IMG/VR virus record: IMGVR_UViG_3300046170_000296
Coordinates: 1-58,837 of that record
DNA from: a virus
Lineage: Duplodnaviria; Caudoviricetes
Length of the DNA: 58,837 nucleotides
Reading direction: 5' to 3' (one strand)
Numbering within the stretch: the first letter of the stretch is position 1; every line of letters starts with the position of its first letter. The notes under the pieces are model-generated. The model saw nothing but the letters and a program-made list of their open reading frames with translations. It searched no databases and had not been told where the DNA came from. Made by a program: the position numbers and the translations under genes. Shown here piece by piece: positions 18,792 through 30,458 of this stretch.

Positions 18792-19520
18792 ATGGCTAAC
18801 ACAACTTCTGGAACTACAATTTTTGAAAAAGGTTTTTCTATTGCAGATATAGTAGAAGAGTCTTATGAAAGAATTGGAATTTCTGGCGTTTCAGGTTATC
18901 AATTAAAAAGTGCAAGACGTTCTTTAAATATAATGTTTCAAGAATGGTCTAATAGAGGTTTGCATTATTGGGAAGTTGCAAACAATTCAATTACATTAGT
19001 TAATAATCAAGCAACATATACAATGTTTAGATCAACAGCTGATGGTACATCTAGTGCAACAGCAGTTTATGGTGTTGATGATATTTTAGAAGCAAGTTTT
19101 AGAAATTCAGATAGTATTGATACACCTCTTACAAAAATAAATAGATCAACTTATCAAGCATTATCTAATAAAACTTCTACAGGTCAACCTACTCAATATT
19201 TTGTTCAAAGATTTATAGATAAAATAACTGTTACTTTATATTTAACTCCAGGAACTGATCAAGCTGGTAAATTTTTTAATTACTACTATGTAAAAAGAAT
19301 CCAAGATGCCGGAGACTATACTAATGATGCAGATGTACCTTATAGATTTGTACCTTGTATGGTAGCTGGACTTGCATATTATTTAGCTGTTAAATATTCA
19401 CCAGAAAAAATTCAATCATTAAAAATGTTATATGAAGATGAATTACAAAGAGCTTTACAAGAAGATGGTTCTTCTTCAAGTTCTTTTATAACACCTAAAA
19501 CTTATTATCCGAGCGTGTAA
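18792..19520 (+). CDS. Head-tail adaptor/connector-like protein
   Basis: IVEESYERIG...SARRSLNIMFQEWSNRG...PYRFVPCMVAGLAYYL. Confidence 0.75.
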   Translation: MANTTSGTTIFEKGFSIADIVEESYERIGISGVSGYQLKSARRSLNIMFQEWSNRGLHYWEVANNSITLVNNQATYTMFRSTADGTSSATAVYGVDDILEASFRNSDSIDTPLTKINRSTYQALSNKTSTGQPTQYFVQRFIDKITVTLYLTPGTDQAGKFFNYYYVKRIQDAGDYTNDADVPYRFVPCMVAGLAYYLAVKYSPEKIQSLKMLYEDELQRALQEDGSSSSSFITPKTYYPSV

Positions 19521-20017
19521 TGGCTAAACTATCAAGAGGAAAATATGCACAAGCAATATCCGATAGATCAGGTATGGCATTTCCTTATAATGAAATGGTA
19601 ACTGAATGGGATGGAAGTTTTGTACACAATTCAGAATTTGAAGCTAAACAACCACAGATTCAACCAACAAGATTTACAGGTGATCCTCAAGGATTATCAA
19701 ATGCAAGACCAGATAGAACTGAACCTGCTACAGAAAATTTATTACCAGGAAATCCTTTGAGTCTAACTTCAGGATCAAGTACTGTAACTGTAACAGAACC
19801 TGCTCATGGAAGATCATCAAGTGATACTGTTGTTTTTAGAAATGTAGATGGAAGCCCCGGAGGCCTGGTGTATTCTTTATTTGAAAATACTTCAGGATTT
19901 AGTATAACAGTTATTGATACAAATAGTTATAGTTTTGATTGTGGAAGTAATGCAACTGTAACGGAAAAATCAGGAGGAATGTTTGTAACTGCAGGACCAG
20001 TTACTCTAACACCATAA
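19520..20017 (+). CDS. Tail-module protein with C-terminal beta-barrel (VTVTEPAHG) domain
   Basis: GKYAQAISDRSG...EAKQPQ N-terminal motif. Confidence 0.7.
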   Translation: MAKLSRGKYAQAISDRSGMAFPYNEMVTEWDGSFVHNSEFEAKQPQIQPTRFTGDPQGLSNARPDRTEPATENLLPGNPLSLTSGSSTVTVTEPAHGRSSSDTVVFRNVDGSPGGLVYSLFENTSGFSITVIDTNSYSFDCGSNATVTEKSGGMFVTAGPVTLTP

Positions 20018-20691
20018 TGGCTTACACTTTAGCAAATTTACAAGATGACATTAGAAACTATACAGAAGTAGATGACTCTGTATTATCTAATACTATTCTA
20101 ACAACAATTATTAAAAACGCTGAAAACAGAATTTATAGAGATGCAGATTCTGATGATAATAGATTTTACGCAACTTCAAACTTAGCAGCTGGTAGTAGAT
20201 ATGTAACTATACCATCTGATTTAAGATTTATTAGATATGTACAATTAACTGACGGATCTGGTAATCAAGTTTTTTTAGAAAAAAGAGATACAAGTTTTAT
20301 GGCTGAATATTATAATACTCCAGGAACAGCTTCTGGATTACCGAAGTATTATGGTAACTGGGATGCTAATTATTGGGTAGTAGCACCTACACCAAATAGC
20401 ACTAATTTAATTACTTTAGCTTATACAAAACAACCGGATTCAATAACAGCTTCACCAGGAAGTACACAAGGAACTTACACAAGTAATAAATATCAGGATT
20501 TACTTTTGTATGGATGTCTGGTAGAAGCATATGGATACTTGAAAGGTCCCGCAGATATGTTACAATACTACGAAGGATCTTTTAACAGAGCTTTACAATC
20601 GTATGCGATCGAACAACAAGGTCGAAGACGCCGGGATGAATGGGAAGATGGAACCATTCGTACTCCCCTTAAATCTGAATCACCATCATAA
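20017..20691 (+). CDS. Tail tubular/adaptor protein
   Basis: GLPKYY, VAPTP, DLLLYGCLVEAYGYLK motifs. Confidence 0.75.
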   Translation: MAYTLANLQDDIRNYTEVDDSVLSNTILTTIIKNAENRIYRDADSDDNRFYATSNLAAGSRYVTIPSDLRFIRYVQLTDGSGNQVFLEKRDTSFMAEYYNTPGTASGLPKYYGNWDANYWVVAPTPNSTNLITLAYTKQPDSITASPGSTQGTYTSNKYQDLLLYGCLVEAYGYLKGPADMLQYYEGSFNRALQSYAIEQQGRRRRDEWEDGTIRTPLKSESPS

Positions 20692-20708
20692 TTTAAGGAG
20701 ACAATTAA

Positions 20709-21140
20709 ATGGCAAATATAGTACCTGACTCTTTTAAAACAGACCTACTTGGTGGCGTGTTTGATTTTGATTCATCTGGTGGATCAACTTTTAAACTAGC
20801 GCTTTATACATCTATAGGTGGTTTTAGTACTTCAACTACAGCTTATACAACTACTAATGAAGTTTCTTCATCTGGTACAAACTATACAGCGGGTGGAAAT
20901 ACTTTAACTAACAATGGTGTAGCAGTATCAAGTAACATTGCATATGTTGACTTTGCAGATTCTACTTTTAGTTCTGTAACGTTATCAGCAGTAGGAGCAC
21001 TGATTTATAAAGGTACAAGTAATGAAGCTGTATTAGTTTTAGACTTTGGCGGAACAAAAACTGCAACTAACGGTGATTTCGTTGTTCAGTTTCCAACTGC
21101 TAACTCATCTAGTGCAATCATTAGACTTGGCGACGCGTAA
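20709..21140 (+). CDS. Tail structural protein
   Basis: TFKLALYT...NEVS...VLDFGG...GDFVVQFP. Confidence 0.8.
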   Translation: MANIVPDSFKTDLLGGVFDFDSSGGSTFKLALYTSIGGFSTSTTAYTTTNEVSSSGTNYTAGGNTLTNNGVAVSSNIAYVDFADSTFSSVTLSAVGALIYKGTSNEAVLVLDFGGTKTATNGDFVVQFPTANSSSAIIRLGDA

Positions 21141-21158
21141 TAAAATTTTGGAGTAGTA

Positions 21159-21614
21159 ATGGCTTTAATAGTTAACGATAGAGTTAAAGAAACAAGTACA
21201 ACTACTGGAACAGGAACTTTTAGTTTAGCTGGTGCAGAAACTGGTTATGAAAGTTTTGTTTCAGGAATTGGAACTGGTAATACAACTTACTATGCAATTG
21301 AATTAAATTCAGCTGGTGAGTTTGAGGTAGGTATTGGTACAGTAACTGATGCTTCACCTGATACTTTATCAAGAACAACAATTATCTCATCATCAAATTC
21401 TGATAGTGCGGTAAATTTTTCTGCAGGTACTAAAAATGTTTTTTGTACACTACCAGCGAAGAGAGCTATGTCACCATCTATGACAGCTACAGGTTATGTT
21501 GTAACACATGCAACAACACTTGACGAAACTCAAACAGTTGCTTCAGGAGTATTAGCAGGACCAGTTACAGTAACTGGTACACAAACAATAACAGGAACGG
21601 TAGTAGTAGTTTAA
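21159..21614 (+). CDS. Tail fibre base-like protein
   Basis: DRVKETSTTTGTG...EFEVGIGT...VFCTLPA. Confidence 0.75.
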   Translation: MALIVNDRVKETSTTTGTGTFSLAGAETGYESFVSGIGTGNTTYYAIELNSAGEFEVGIGTVTDASPDTLSRTTIISSSNSDSAVNFSAGTKNVFCTLPAKRAMSPSMTATGYVVTHATTLDETQTVASGVLAGPVTVTGTQTITGTVVVV

Positions 21615-22991
21615 TGAGTAAAATAGAAGTAGATGCAATAGATAAACAAAGTGGTTCAACTTTAACATTAGGTGGATCAGGTACAGCTGTAACTTTAGCT
21701 AGTGGCGCTACTCAATCAGGTTTCGGTAGAGAAGGTTCTGTTGATTGGCAGACATCAATCAAAACATCAGATTTTACAGCTGTAAGTGGAGAAGGTTATT
21801 TTGTAAATACAACTTCTGGAGAGATCACGGTGACATTACCTGCTTCTCCTAGTGCAGGTGCAATCGTATCTATAAAAGATTATTTAAATACAGCAGACAC
21901 AAATGCAATTACCATAGCAAGAAATGGTTCAAATATAGATGGTAGTACTTCTAATGTAGAAATGACTACTGAAGGTCAAACAGCAACTTTTGTATATGTA
22001 GATTCAACAGAAGGTTGGATTAATGTTCAAGAAACATCTAATTCAGTAACAGGAAGACAATTTATAACAGCAACAGGTGGTACAATAACAACTTCTGGAG
22101 ATTTTAAAATTCATACATTCACTGGCCCAGGAACTTTTTGTGTTTCTCAAATATCAACTGTGGCTGCAGAAAATACCGTAAGTTATGCAGTTATAGCTGG
22201 TGGTGGAGCAGGAGGTTCTGGAGGAAATGGTGGCTGGCGGCGGTGGAGCAGGAGGATTTAGAGAAAATAAATCACCTGTAGATACTTATACAGCTAGTCC
22301 ATTAGAAGGAGCAGCAGATATATCAATTACAGCAACAGGCTTTCCAATTACAGTGGGTGGAGGTGGAACCGGTGTAACCGGTTCTTGTACTCCTGGAGCA
22401 AATGGAGTTAATTCAGTTTTTTCAAGTATAACATCAGCTGGTGGTGGTGGCGGCGGTGGACCACCAAGTTCTGGAAATGGAGATCCAGGTGGATCTGGAG
22501 GTGGTGGTGGTGGTGCAACTGCTTGTAGAACGGGAGGATCGGGAAATACACCTCCTGTTAGTCCACCTCAAGGACAAGATGGTGGTCGAAGTAGTGGTCA
22601 ACCAGGTTTAAATGGAAAAGGTGGTGGAGGTGGTGGTGCAGGTGCTGCAGCAACACAAACACCTGTTGGTAATAACAACTCCGCAGGTAATGGAGCTGTA
22701 GGTGTACCAACAGCAATTACAGGAAGTGCAGTTTCATATGCAGGTGGTGCTGGAGGTGGAGCGCAAAATGGACCAACTTCTGCAGCAGGCGGAGCAGCTT
22801 CTCCTTGTGGAACAGGTGGAGTTGGAGCAACTTCTGCGCCAGCAGCAAGTCCACCTATAGATAGAAACGCTGGAGATGGAACTACTAACAGAGGTGGTGG
22901 AGGTGGTGGAAACACAGGAACTTCTTCACCAGCAGCTAAAGCTGGAAATGGTGGCTCTGGTATAGTAATAATAAGGTATAAATTTCAATAA
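21614..22991 (+). CDS. Glycine-rich tail fibre paralog 1 (indel near 22235)
   Basis: FGR.G.VDWQT, GYFVNTT, VTLPASP; Gly-rich C-half ending GGSGIVIIRYKFQ. Confidence 0.8.
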
Positions 22992-22993
22992 TT

Positions 22994-24338
22994 ATGACAA
23001 GTACAATTAAAGTAGACAATATTCAGGATCAAGACGGTAATAACATTATCAATGAAAATAGTAATACAATTACTATTGGTGCAAGTGGCGATACCGTTAC
23101 TCTTGCATCAGGTGCATCGCAATCCGGTTTTGGTCGTACAGGAACAGTAGACTGGCAAACAGGGTCAATTAAAACAAGCACATTCACAGCTGCAAATGGT
23201 GAAGGTTATTTTGCAAACACTTCAGGCGGTGCATTTACAATGAACTTACCAGCAGGAACAGCAGGTAATATTGTTTCTGTTGTTGACTACACAAATACAT
23301 TTCAAACAAATGGTTTAACAATTTCACCAAATGGTTCACAAAAAATTGGTGGAGTAAATGCAGACATAACTTTAACTACAGAAGGTCAATCTGTAACTTT
23401 TGTTTATGTTGATGATACTGAAGGATGGAAAAACGTTCAAGATTCAACATCTAATGTTATAGGTAATCCTAATTTAGTTGCATCAGGTGGAACAATAACA
23501 ACTTCAGGAAATTTTAAAATTCATACATTTACAGGTCCAGGAACATTTACAGTTTGTAAAGTTTCATCAACTGCAGCAGAGAATGTAGTTTCTTATACAG
23601 TAGTTGCTGGAGGAGGAGCTGGTGGAAATAGTCAAAATGGTCCTGCAAGAAATGGTGGTGGGGGAGGTGGTGCTGGTGGTTATAGAGAATTTAAAAGCCC
23701 AGTAGATTCTTATACTGCTTCACCTAAAAATGGTAATCCTGGTGGAACATCAGTAACAGTTACCGCTCAAGCATATCCAATTACAGTAGGTGGTGGTGGA
23801 ACTGGAGGAGCAGGTGAAGTTGGTAATAATTCAGTTTTTTCAACAGTAACTTCTACTGGTGGCGGTGGCGGTGGAGCTAACGAAGGACAAAATGGTGATG
23901 ATGGTGGATCTGGAGGTGGAGCTGGAGCTAGTGGAAATGCAGGTTCTAATAATGGTGGAGGAAATACTCCTCCCGTAAGTCCTCCTCAAGGAAATTCTGG
24001 GGGAACTTCTCATCCATCAGGTGGTGGTGGCGGTGGTGGAGCAACTGTAGCAGGTAGTAATGGTCCAGGAGGAAATGGAGGTGCTGGAACAACTAGTTCA
24101 ATTACAGCAAGTTCAACGCCTTATGCTGGTGGCGGTGGTGGTGGAACCACAGGTCCAGGTGGTAGCGGTGGAAACGGTGGTGGAGGAGCTGGAAGTCCAG
24201 GGGGGGTCTTGTTCAACGGGACAAAATGGTGATGCTAACAAAGGCGCCGGTGGTGGAGGAGCAGGTGGAGGATCTGGTAATGCAGGTGGTGGAACTGGTG
24301 GATCAGGTATAGTAGTAATAAGGTATAAATTTCAATAG
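22994..24338 (+). CDS. Glycine-rich tail fibre paralog 2 (indel in G-run near 24200)
   Basis: Same architecture; ends GGSGIVVIRYKFQ. Confidence 0.8.
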
Positions 24339-24345
24339 GTAAATT

Positions 24346-25830
24346 ATGAGTGAAGTAAAAGTAAATAAAATTAGTCCAAGAACAAATTGTGGTACAGTAA
24401 CTGTTGGAGATTCTGGAGATTCAGTTTCAGGTAACAGCAGGTGTTCCAGTAACAGTTAATGGAGATTTAAAATCAAATGCATTAAAAGGCAACTGATGGC
24501 GGAAGTATAATTTCACAATCAGGAACTACAATAACTTTGGGTGCTTCTGGTGATACAGTATCACTTGCAAGCGGAGCAAGTCAGACAGGATTCGGTAGAA
24601 CAGGAACTGTTGATTGGCAAACAGGTAGTATTAAAACAGGAAATTTTACAGCAGCCAGTGGTGAAGGTTATTTTGTTAATACTACATCAGGAGCAGTAAC
24701 TGCTACTTTACCTGCCTCACCAAGTGCAGGAGATATCGTAGGTTTCAATGATTATGCAAGAACTTTTGCAACAAACAATTTAACAATAGGTAGAAATAGT
24801 TCTAATATTCAAGGATCTGCAGCTGATGGAACGTCTTCAACAAATGGTCAATCTCTAATGCTTGTATACGTAGACGCAACTAAAGGTTGGATTCCAACAG
24901 AAGATCAAACTACAACAATGTATGGAGCACAATATATTTCAGCAACAGGAGGTAATACTATATCTACTTGTGGTGATTTTAAAACCCATATTTTTACAGG
25001 ACCAGGAACTTTTACTGTTTGTTCAGTAGGTAATTCAGCAGGATCAAATACAGTTGAATATTTAGTGGTAGCTGGTGGTGGATCTGGTGGAATGTGATCA
25101 AGGTGGTGGAGGAGGAGCAGGTGGTTTCAGATCATTTACAGCTTTAAGTCCAGCTTCACCTTTAAATGGTCCAGCAGCTTTACCTGTATCAGCACAAGGA
25201 TATCCAGTAGTCGTTGGTGGCGGCGGAGCTGGTGGATCTAGTTCTAGAAATTGCGGTTCAAATTCAAGTTTTTCAACAATAACATCTGCAGGTGGTGGAG
25301 CTGCTGGAAATCATAGCCCCACTCCGCAAAGACCTGGTGCTGATGGTGGTTCTGGTGGTGGAGCTGGGTCTCGAGATACTAGTGGACCTGGAGCAATTTC
25401 TGGAGGAGCAGGTAATGTACCTCCAGTAAGTCCACCTCAAGGAAAACCTGGTGGTACGATAAGTGGACCTGGTGCAGGTTCATATGGAGCAGGTGGCGGT
25501 GGAGCAAGCACGGCAGGAGCAGAAGATATAAGTACGGGTGGCGATGGATCTTTTGTTCCAACAACTTTTATAGGACCAGCATCCCCTTCTTTTGGTGAAC
25601 CTGCATCTTCTCCCCCTTCAGAACCAAGAGCTGCAGGACAATATTTTGCTGGCGGTGGTGGTGGAAGACCAATAAGTCATCCTAGTGGTGGTGGAGCTGG
25701 TGGTGGTGGACCTGCAGAAGGTACTGCCGCAGCTAATATGGGAGGCGGTGGTGGAGCTGGTTATGGACCTGGCGGAAGTATAGGAGCCGGTGGTTCAGGT
25801 ATTGTAATAATAAGATACAAATTTCAGTAG
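24346..25830 (+). CDS. Glycine-rich tail fibre paralog 3 (several indels)
   Basis: Starts MSEVKVNKI at 24346; ends GGSGIVIIRYKFQ. Confidence 0.8.
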
Positions 25831-25869
25831 TTGAATAATAATTAAAAATAATATATAAGGAGAATAATT

Positions 25870-26318
25870 ATGGCACATTTTGCAAAACTAGGAGCTAACA
25901 GTAAAGTTATTCAAGTATTAACACTTGATAACAAAGATATGTTAAATGCTGATGGTGTTGAAGATGAAGCAGTAGGTCAACAATATTTAGAAACACATAA
26001 TAATTGGCCTGCACAAATGTGGATTCAAACTTCATACAATACATCAGGCGGACAACATAAAGATGGCGGAACACCTTTTAGAGGTAACTACGCAGGTATA
26101 GGTTATACTTGGGACGAGGATGATCAAATCTTTTGGCCTAAAAAACCTTATGCATCTTGGGTAAAACATATTGAATCAGCTTCTTGGAAATCACCAATAG
26201 GTGATGCACCTGCTTTAACAGAAGAACAAACTTCACAAAACGAGCTGATACTCATAGATGGTCTTACGTTTGGAATGAAGCTAATACAACTTGGGACTTG
26301 ACAGACGCTTTAGCATAA
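25870..26318 (+). CDS. Fibre-associated protein (MAHFAKL...; possible assembly chaperone), C-terminal indel
   Basis: WIQTSYN...FRGNYAGIGYTWD motif typical of genes following Gly-rich fibres. Confidence 0.75.
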
Positions 26319-26336
26319 TTTATATAGGGTGGTGGT

Positions 26337-26840
26337 ATGCAAAAGAAAGTATTAACAGAACAAAGTTTATTTTATGGTGATATCGATATGCCGAAAGGTT
26401 TTGAGATAGACCAAGAAAAACTTACTAACGATATTTTACAGTCATCATTTACTAATAAACAATTTCCATTTTCAAGAACTTGGGATATGTTAAATACATA
26501 TATGAGAGACTTTATCGGTCTTGATTATGGTATCAATTTAGTCAATAAAGATTCTTGGGGTGACATTTATAAACCCGGTCAAGTATCTAAACCTTTATTA
26601 AATGTTGATCCAGTAGATCTTCGAAACTCACCTGACTTTACAATGCTTTACGGAGTTAAAGTTGATAAGTGTTGGGTAAGAATACATTTTGATGACAATA
26701 GACGTAAGGGAAGAAGTTGGGACATAGAACTTAAAAAAAATATGTTTGTTATGTTTCCATCTACTAATATGTATATTGTATCAAATGATCAGAAAGATAG
26801 TTTGAATTTTGTTCAAACAATAACTTATGAATATATCTAA
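26337..26840 (+). CDS. Degenerate 2OG-Fe(II) oxygenase-like protein
   Basis: Resembles the neighbouring TIGR02466-like gene (SWG, FVMFPS) but has no HxD/H or distal His. Confidence 0.55.
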   Translation: MQKKVLTEQSLFYGDIDMPKGFEIDQEKLTNDILQSSFTNKQFPFSRTWDMLNTYMRDFIGLDYGINLVNKDSWGDIYKPGQVSKPLLNVDPVDLRNSPDFTMLYGVKVDKCWVRIHFDDNRRKGRSWDIELKKNMFVMFPSTNMYIVSNDQKDSLNFVQTITYEYI

Positions 26841-27467
26841 TTACTATTGGCATTTTCCTGCAGCACTTACACCAAAGTTTTGTGATGATGTAATAGCTTA
26901 TGCTAATCAACAAGAAGAAACAATGGCTAGAACTGGTGGTTATGGAGATAGAAAATTATCTAAAGAAGAAGTTAAAGATTTAAAAAGAAAAAGAAACTCT
27001 GATTTAGTTTGGTTAAATGATACTTGGATATATAAAGAATTACATCCCATATGTTCACGAAGCAAATAGACAAGCTGGTTGGAACTTTGATTGGGAAAGA
27101 AGTGAGTCTTGTCAGTTTACAAAATATAAACACAATCAATATTATGATTGGCATTGTGATGGTTGGGATAAAGCCTTATGAAAGAAAAGACAAGATGATC
27201 CAGACAATGGTAAGAATTCGAAAACTATCTATGACTTGTCAATTAACAGATGGTTCCGAATACACAGGTGGTGAATTAGAATTTGATTTTAGAAACTACG
27301 ATCCACATATGAGAGATGAAGCTAAACATTTGAGAAGAGCAAAAGAGATATTACCAAAAGGTTCTATTATTGTATTTCCTTCTTTTGTTTGGCATAGAGT
27401 TAAACCCGTAACATCAGGCACAAGATATAGTCTTGTTGTTTGGCATTTAGGAAGGCCTTTTAAATAA
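26827..27467 (+). CDS. 2OG-Fe(II) oxygenase (prolyl-4-hydroxylase/PKHD-like), frameshifted
   Basis: YDWHCD in alternate frame, RKLSMT, YTGGELEF, FPSFVWHRVKPVTSGTRYSLV. Confidence 0.85.
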
Positions 27468-28099
27468 TGTATATAAGTAACTATTTTAATACAACTATCT
27501 GGTCAGAACAAAAACCAGAGTTTGTAAAATCTTTAAACAAAGCATCTAATAAATATATTAAAGATGCAAGAACAAGAGAGAAAGACATTTATAAAAGAAC
27601 ACGGTGACTTTGGAAGATCATATCATTCAACACCACTTACAGCTGACAATGATTTTTTAGATTTTAGAAATTACATTGGTCAAAAGTCTTGGGAATATTT
27701 AGATCATCAAGGTTTTGATATGCAACAATACACTACTATGTTTAGTGAGATGTGGGTACAAGAGTTTGCTAAAAAAGGTGGTGGTCATCATTCAGCACAC
27801 GTACATTGGAATCAACACGTATCAGGTTTTTACTTTTTAAAGTGTAGTGATAAAACATCTTACCCTGTATTTCACGAACCAAGAACAGGTGCACGTGCTA
27901 CAAAATTAAAAATGAAACCAGATCAAAAAGGTGTATGGGGTGGTAGTGAGCTTATACATTTTAAACCTACACCAGGTACATTAATTATATTTCCAGGGTT
28001 CTTGGAACACGAGTTTGCAGTAGATTTTGGTAAAGAGCCTTTTAGGTTTATACATTGGAACATACAGCTGTGCCAAAAGAAATGGCTAAAGATGTTTAA
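27467..28099 (+). CDS. Putative 2OG-Fe(II) oxygenase (TIGR02466-like), frameshifted
   Basis: HHSAHVHWNQHVSGFYFL, IFPGFLEHEF, RFIHWN. Confidence 0.8.
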
Positions 28100-28617
28100 A
28101 GAATATTTAAATGCAATCGATAAAAAAACACAAAATTATTTTAAAAAAAATATTATTAATAATAGTAATTTTCCATTTTACTTAAATAAAACAGAAATAA
28201 TAAATAAAACAAATAATTTTTGTTTTTTTTTCACATACTATTCTTCATAGACCCGAAGATAATTTACCAAACCCTATTAATTCTAATTTATATCCTTTTG
28301 CAACAAATCTTTTAAAAAAACTAAGTAAAAAACTTAAATTTAAATTTAAAAAAATATTTAGAATTTGTTTAAATTTAACAATTAATAATGGCAAAGAAAA
28401 ATCAGATGTTCATTTAGATCATAGTTTTGAACACAAACAATTAATTATATACATACATTGTGATGATTTAAAATCATACACGTGTATAAAAAAAGATAAT
28501 AAAATAGTTAAAATAAAACCTATTTCAAATAAAGTAGTTATGTGGGGTAAACTACCTCATTATCATATAGTTCCAAAAAAAGGATTTAGATTAATTTTAA
28601 TATATACATTTATATGA
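28092..28617 (+). CDS. 2OG-Fe(II) oxygenase, very AT-rich (indel in T-run near 28230)
   Basis: Manual translation: VHLDH (HxD), PHYH, GFRLILIYTF. Confidence 0.7.
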
Positions 28618-29238
28618 GTTTTAAAAAGAAAAAGTATACAGTTATACGTCAAGCAATATCAAAAGACCTAGCAACTTTTGTTGCAAATTATTTTAGTATG
28701 CAAAAACAAGTATATGATACTTGTAGAGCACAAAAATATATTTCACCATTTGAAAATATTATAGGTCATTATGAGGGTAGAGAATGAACAGATACCAAAA
28801 ACTTATAGTCAGTATTCTAATATTGCTATGGAAACATTAATGTTAAAATGCCAACCTAAAATGGAAGAAGTAACAGGTCTTAAATTATATCCTGCATATA
28901 CTTATGCAAGAATATATAAAAAAGGTGATGTTTTAAAAAGACACAAAGATAGATTTAGTTGTGAGATATCTACTACTATGAATCTTGGTGGTGATGATTG
29001 GCCAATATATCTTGAGCCATCTGGAGAAGTTGGTAGGAAAGGTATTAAAGTAGATTTAAAACCAGGAGATATGCTGGTTTATTCTGGTTGTGAGCTAGAA
29101 CATTGGAGAAATAAATTTAAAGGCAAGGAATGCGTACAAGTATTTCTTCATTATAATAATCGTAAAACGCCAGGCGCTAGAGATAATATGTTTGACAAGC
29201 GTCCACATTTAGGTCTTCCTTCTTGGTTTAAACGATGA
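28614..29238 (+). CDS. 2OG-Fe(II) oxygenase-fold protein (indel near 28775)
   Basis: YARIYKKGDVLKRHKDRFSCEIS (HxD), LEHWR, QVFLHY. Confidence 0.8.
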
Positions 29239-29252
29239 TATAATCCTTAGAT

Positions 29253-29290
29253 GGAGGCAGGGCACCACCACATACCCCCTGTCTCCTTTT
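29253..29290 (+). terminator. Rho-independent terminator-like hairpin
   Basis: ggaggcaggg...ccctgtctcc followed by tttt. Confidence 0.55.
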
Positions 29291-29304
29291 AAGGATTTAT
29301 ATTT

Positions 29305-30132
29305 ATGTTTTTTGGCGGAACTTCATTTGCAGCAGCACCTTTTGCAGACCCAGGATTTAATCCTAATGCATTAGCGATTGTAACAGGTAATAGAATTAAC
29401 GAATCAACAGGTACTGTTGGTATAGTTGGTAAAGCTCTTATATTACCAAATGGTAATAGATTTAATATTGGAATTGGTAATGTTCAGGTAGCCGATGTTA
29501 TTGGTGTATCGGGTATTGCAACAGAGATAGCAACAGGAAGTGTTACTATTGCAGCAGGTGCAAACATAGCTACAACAGGTAGTCCTTTTGAAATTGATAC
29601 TGGTACAGCAAAAGGTATAGACGTTGTTGGTGTTACAGGTAATAGAGTTAATTTAGATACAGGAGATGTAACAACAATTGGTAAAGCAACAGTTATACCA
29701 TCAGGAAGTGTTTTAGAATTAGATACCGGTACAGTTACATTTACATTTAGATACAGTGTTACAGGATCAGGAGTAGAATTATCTACAGGAACTGTTTCAA
29801 CAACTGCAGCTGCAACTGTATTACCTACAGGATCAAGAGTTGATTTAGATACAGGTGACGTATCAGTTGTTGCAAAAGCAAATGTATCTATTACAGGAAG
29901 TGCAGTAGAAATAGCAATTGGAAATGCTACAACTAAAGCAAACGCAACAGCTATTGTTACAGGAAATAGACAAAATTTATCTACAGGTACAGTTACAATT
30001 CAAGCTAAAGCAAATGTAATTACAACTGGCGTAGGATTAGAAATAGCAGTACCAACTTCTATTAATATTAAACAGTGGGATGGTATAGTACCAGGTGTCT
30101 CACAAACTTGGACAAGGATACAAACACCGTAA
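29305..30132 (+). CDS. Tail protein with repeated TG.V beta-strand units
   Basis: MFFGGTSFAAAPFA start; repeated VTG....xxTGxV. Confidence 0.8.
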   Translation: MFFGGTSFAAAPFADPGFNPNALAIVTGNRINESTGTVGIVGKALILPNGNRFNIGIGNVQVADVIGVSGIATEIATGSVTIAAGANIATTGSPFEIDTGTAKGIDVVGVTGNRVNLDTGDVTTIGKATVIPSGSVLELDTGTVTFTFRYSVTGSGVELSTGTVSTTAAATVLPTGSRVDLDTGDVSVVAKANVSITGSAVEIAIGNATTKANATAIVTGNRQNLSTGTVTIQAKANVITTGVGLEIAVPTSINIKQWDGIVPGVSQTWTRIQTP

Positions 30133-30451
30133 TGTATTTTGGAGGAAGCACATTTGCCGGAGCACCATTTCGCCGATCCAGGCGGAGTTAGTATATTTGT
30201 AACTGTAAGTGGGCAAAGATTAAACTTTTCAGTAGGTAATGTAGTTATTGAAGGTAAATCAGTTGTTTTACCTACAGGACAAAGAGTAAATCTATCTACA
30301 GGTAATGTAGTTATTAAAATAGGTCAAACAGTAGTTTTATCTGGTAATCAAATAAACCTTGCAACTAACCCTGTAAGTGTGATATCATGGAATCCGAATA
30401 CCACCAGGTGTGAATCAAGTATGGGTCCCAATAGACCCAGATAATCCGTAG
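30132..30451 (+). CDS. Short paralog of the preceding tail protein (indels)
   Basis: MYFGGST...APFADPG start. Confidence 0.7.
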
Positions 30452-30458
30452 GAGAAAT

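Noticed and set aside
21614-25830. Diversity-generating retroelement acting on the fibre paralogs
   Set aside because: No reverse transcriptase, and no near-identical template/variable repeat pair differing only at adenines.
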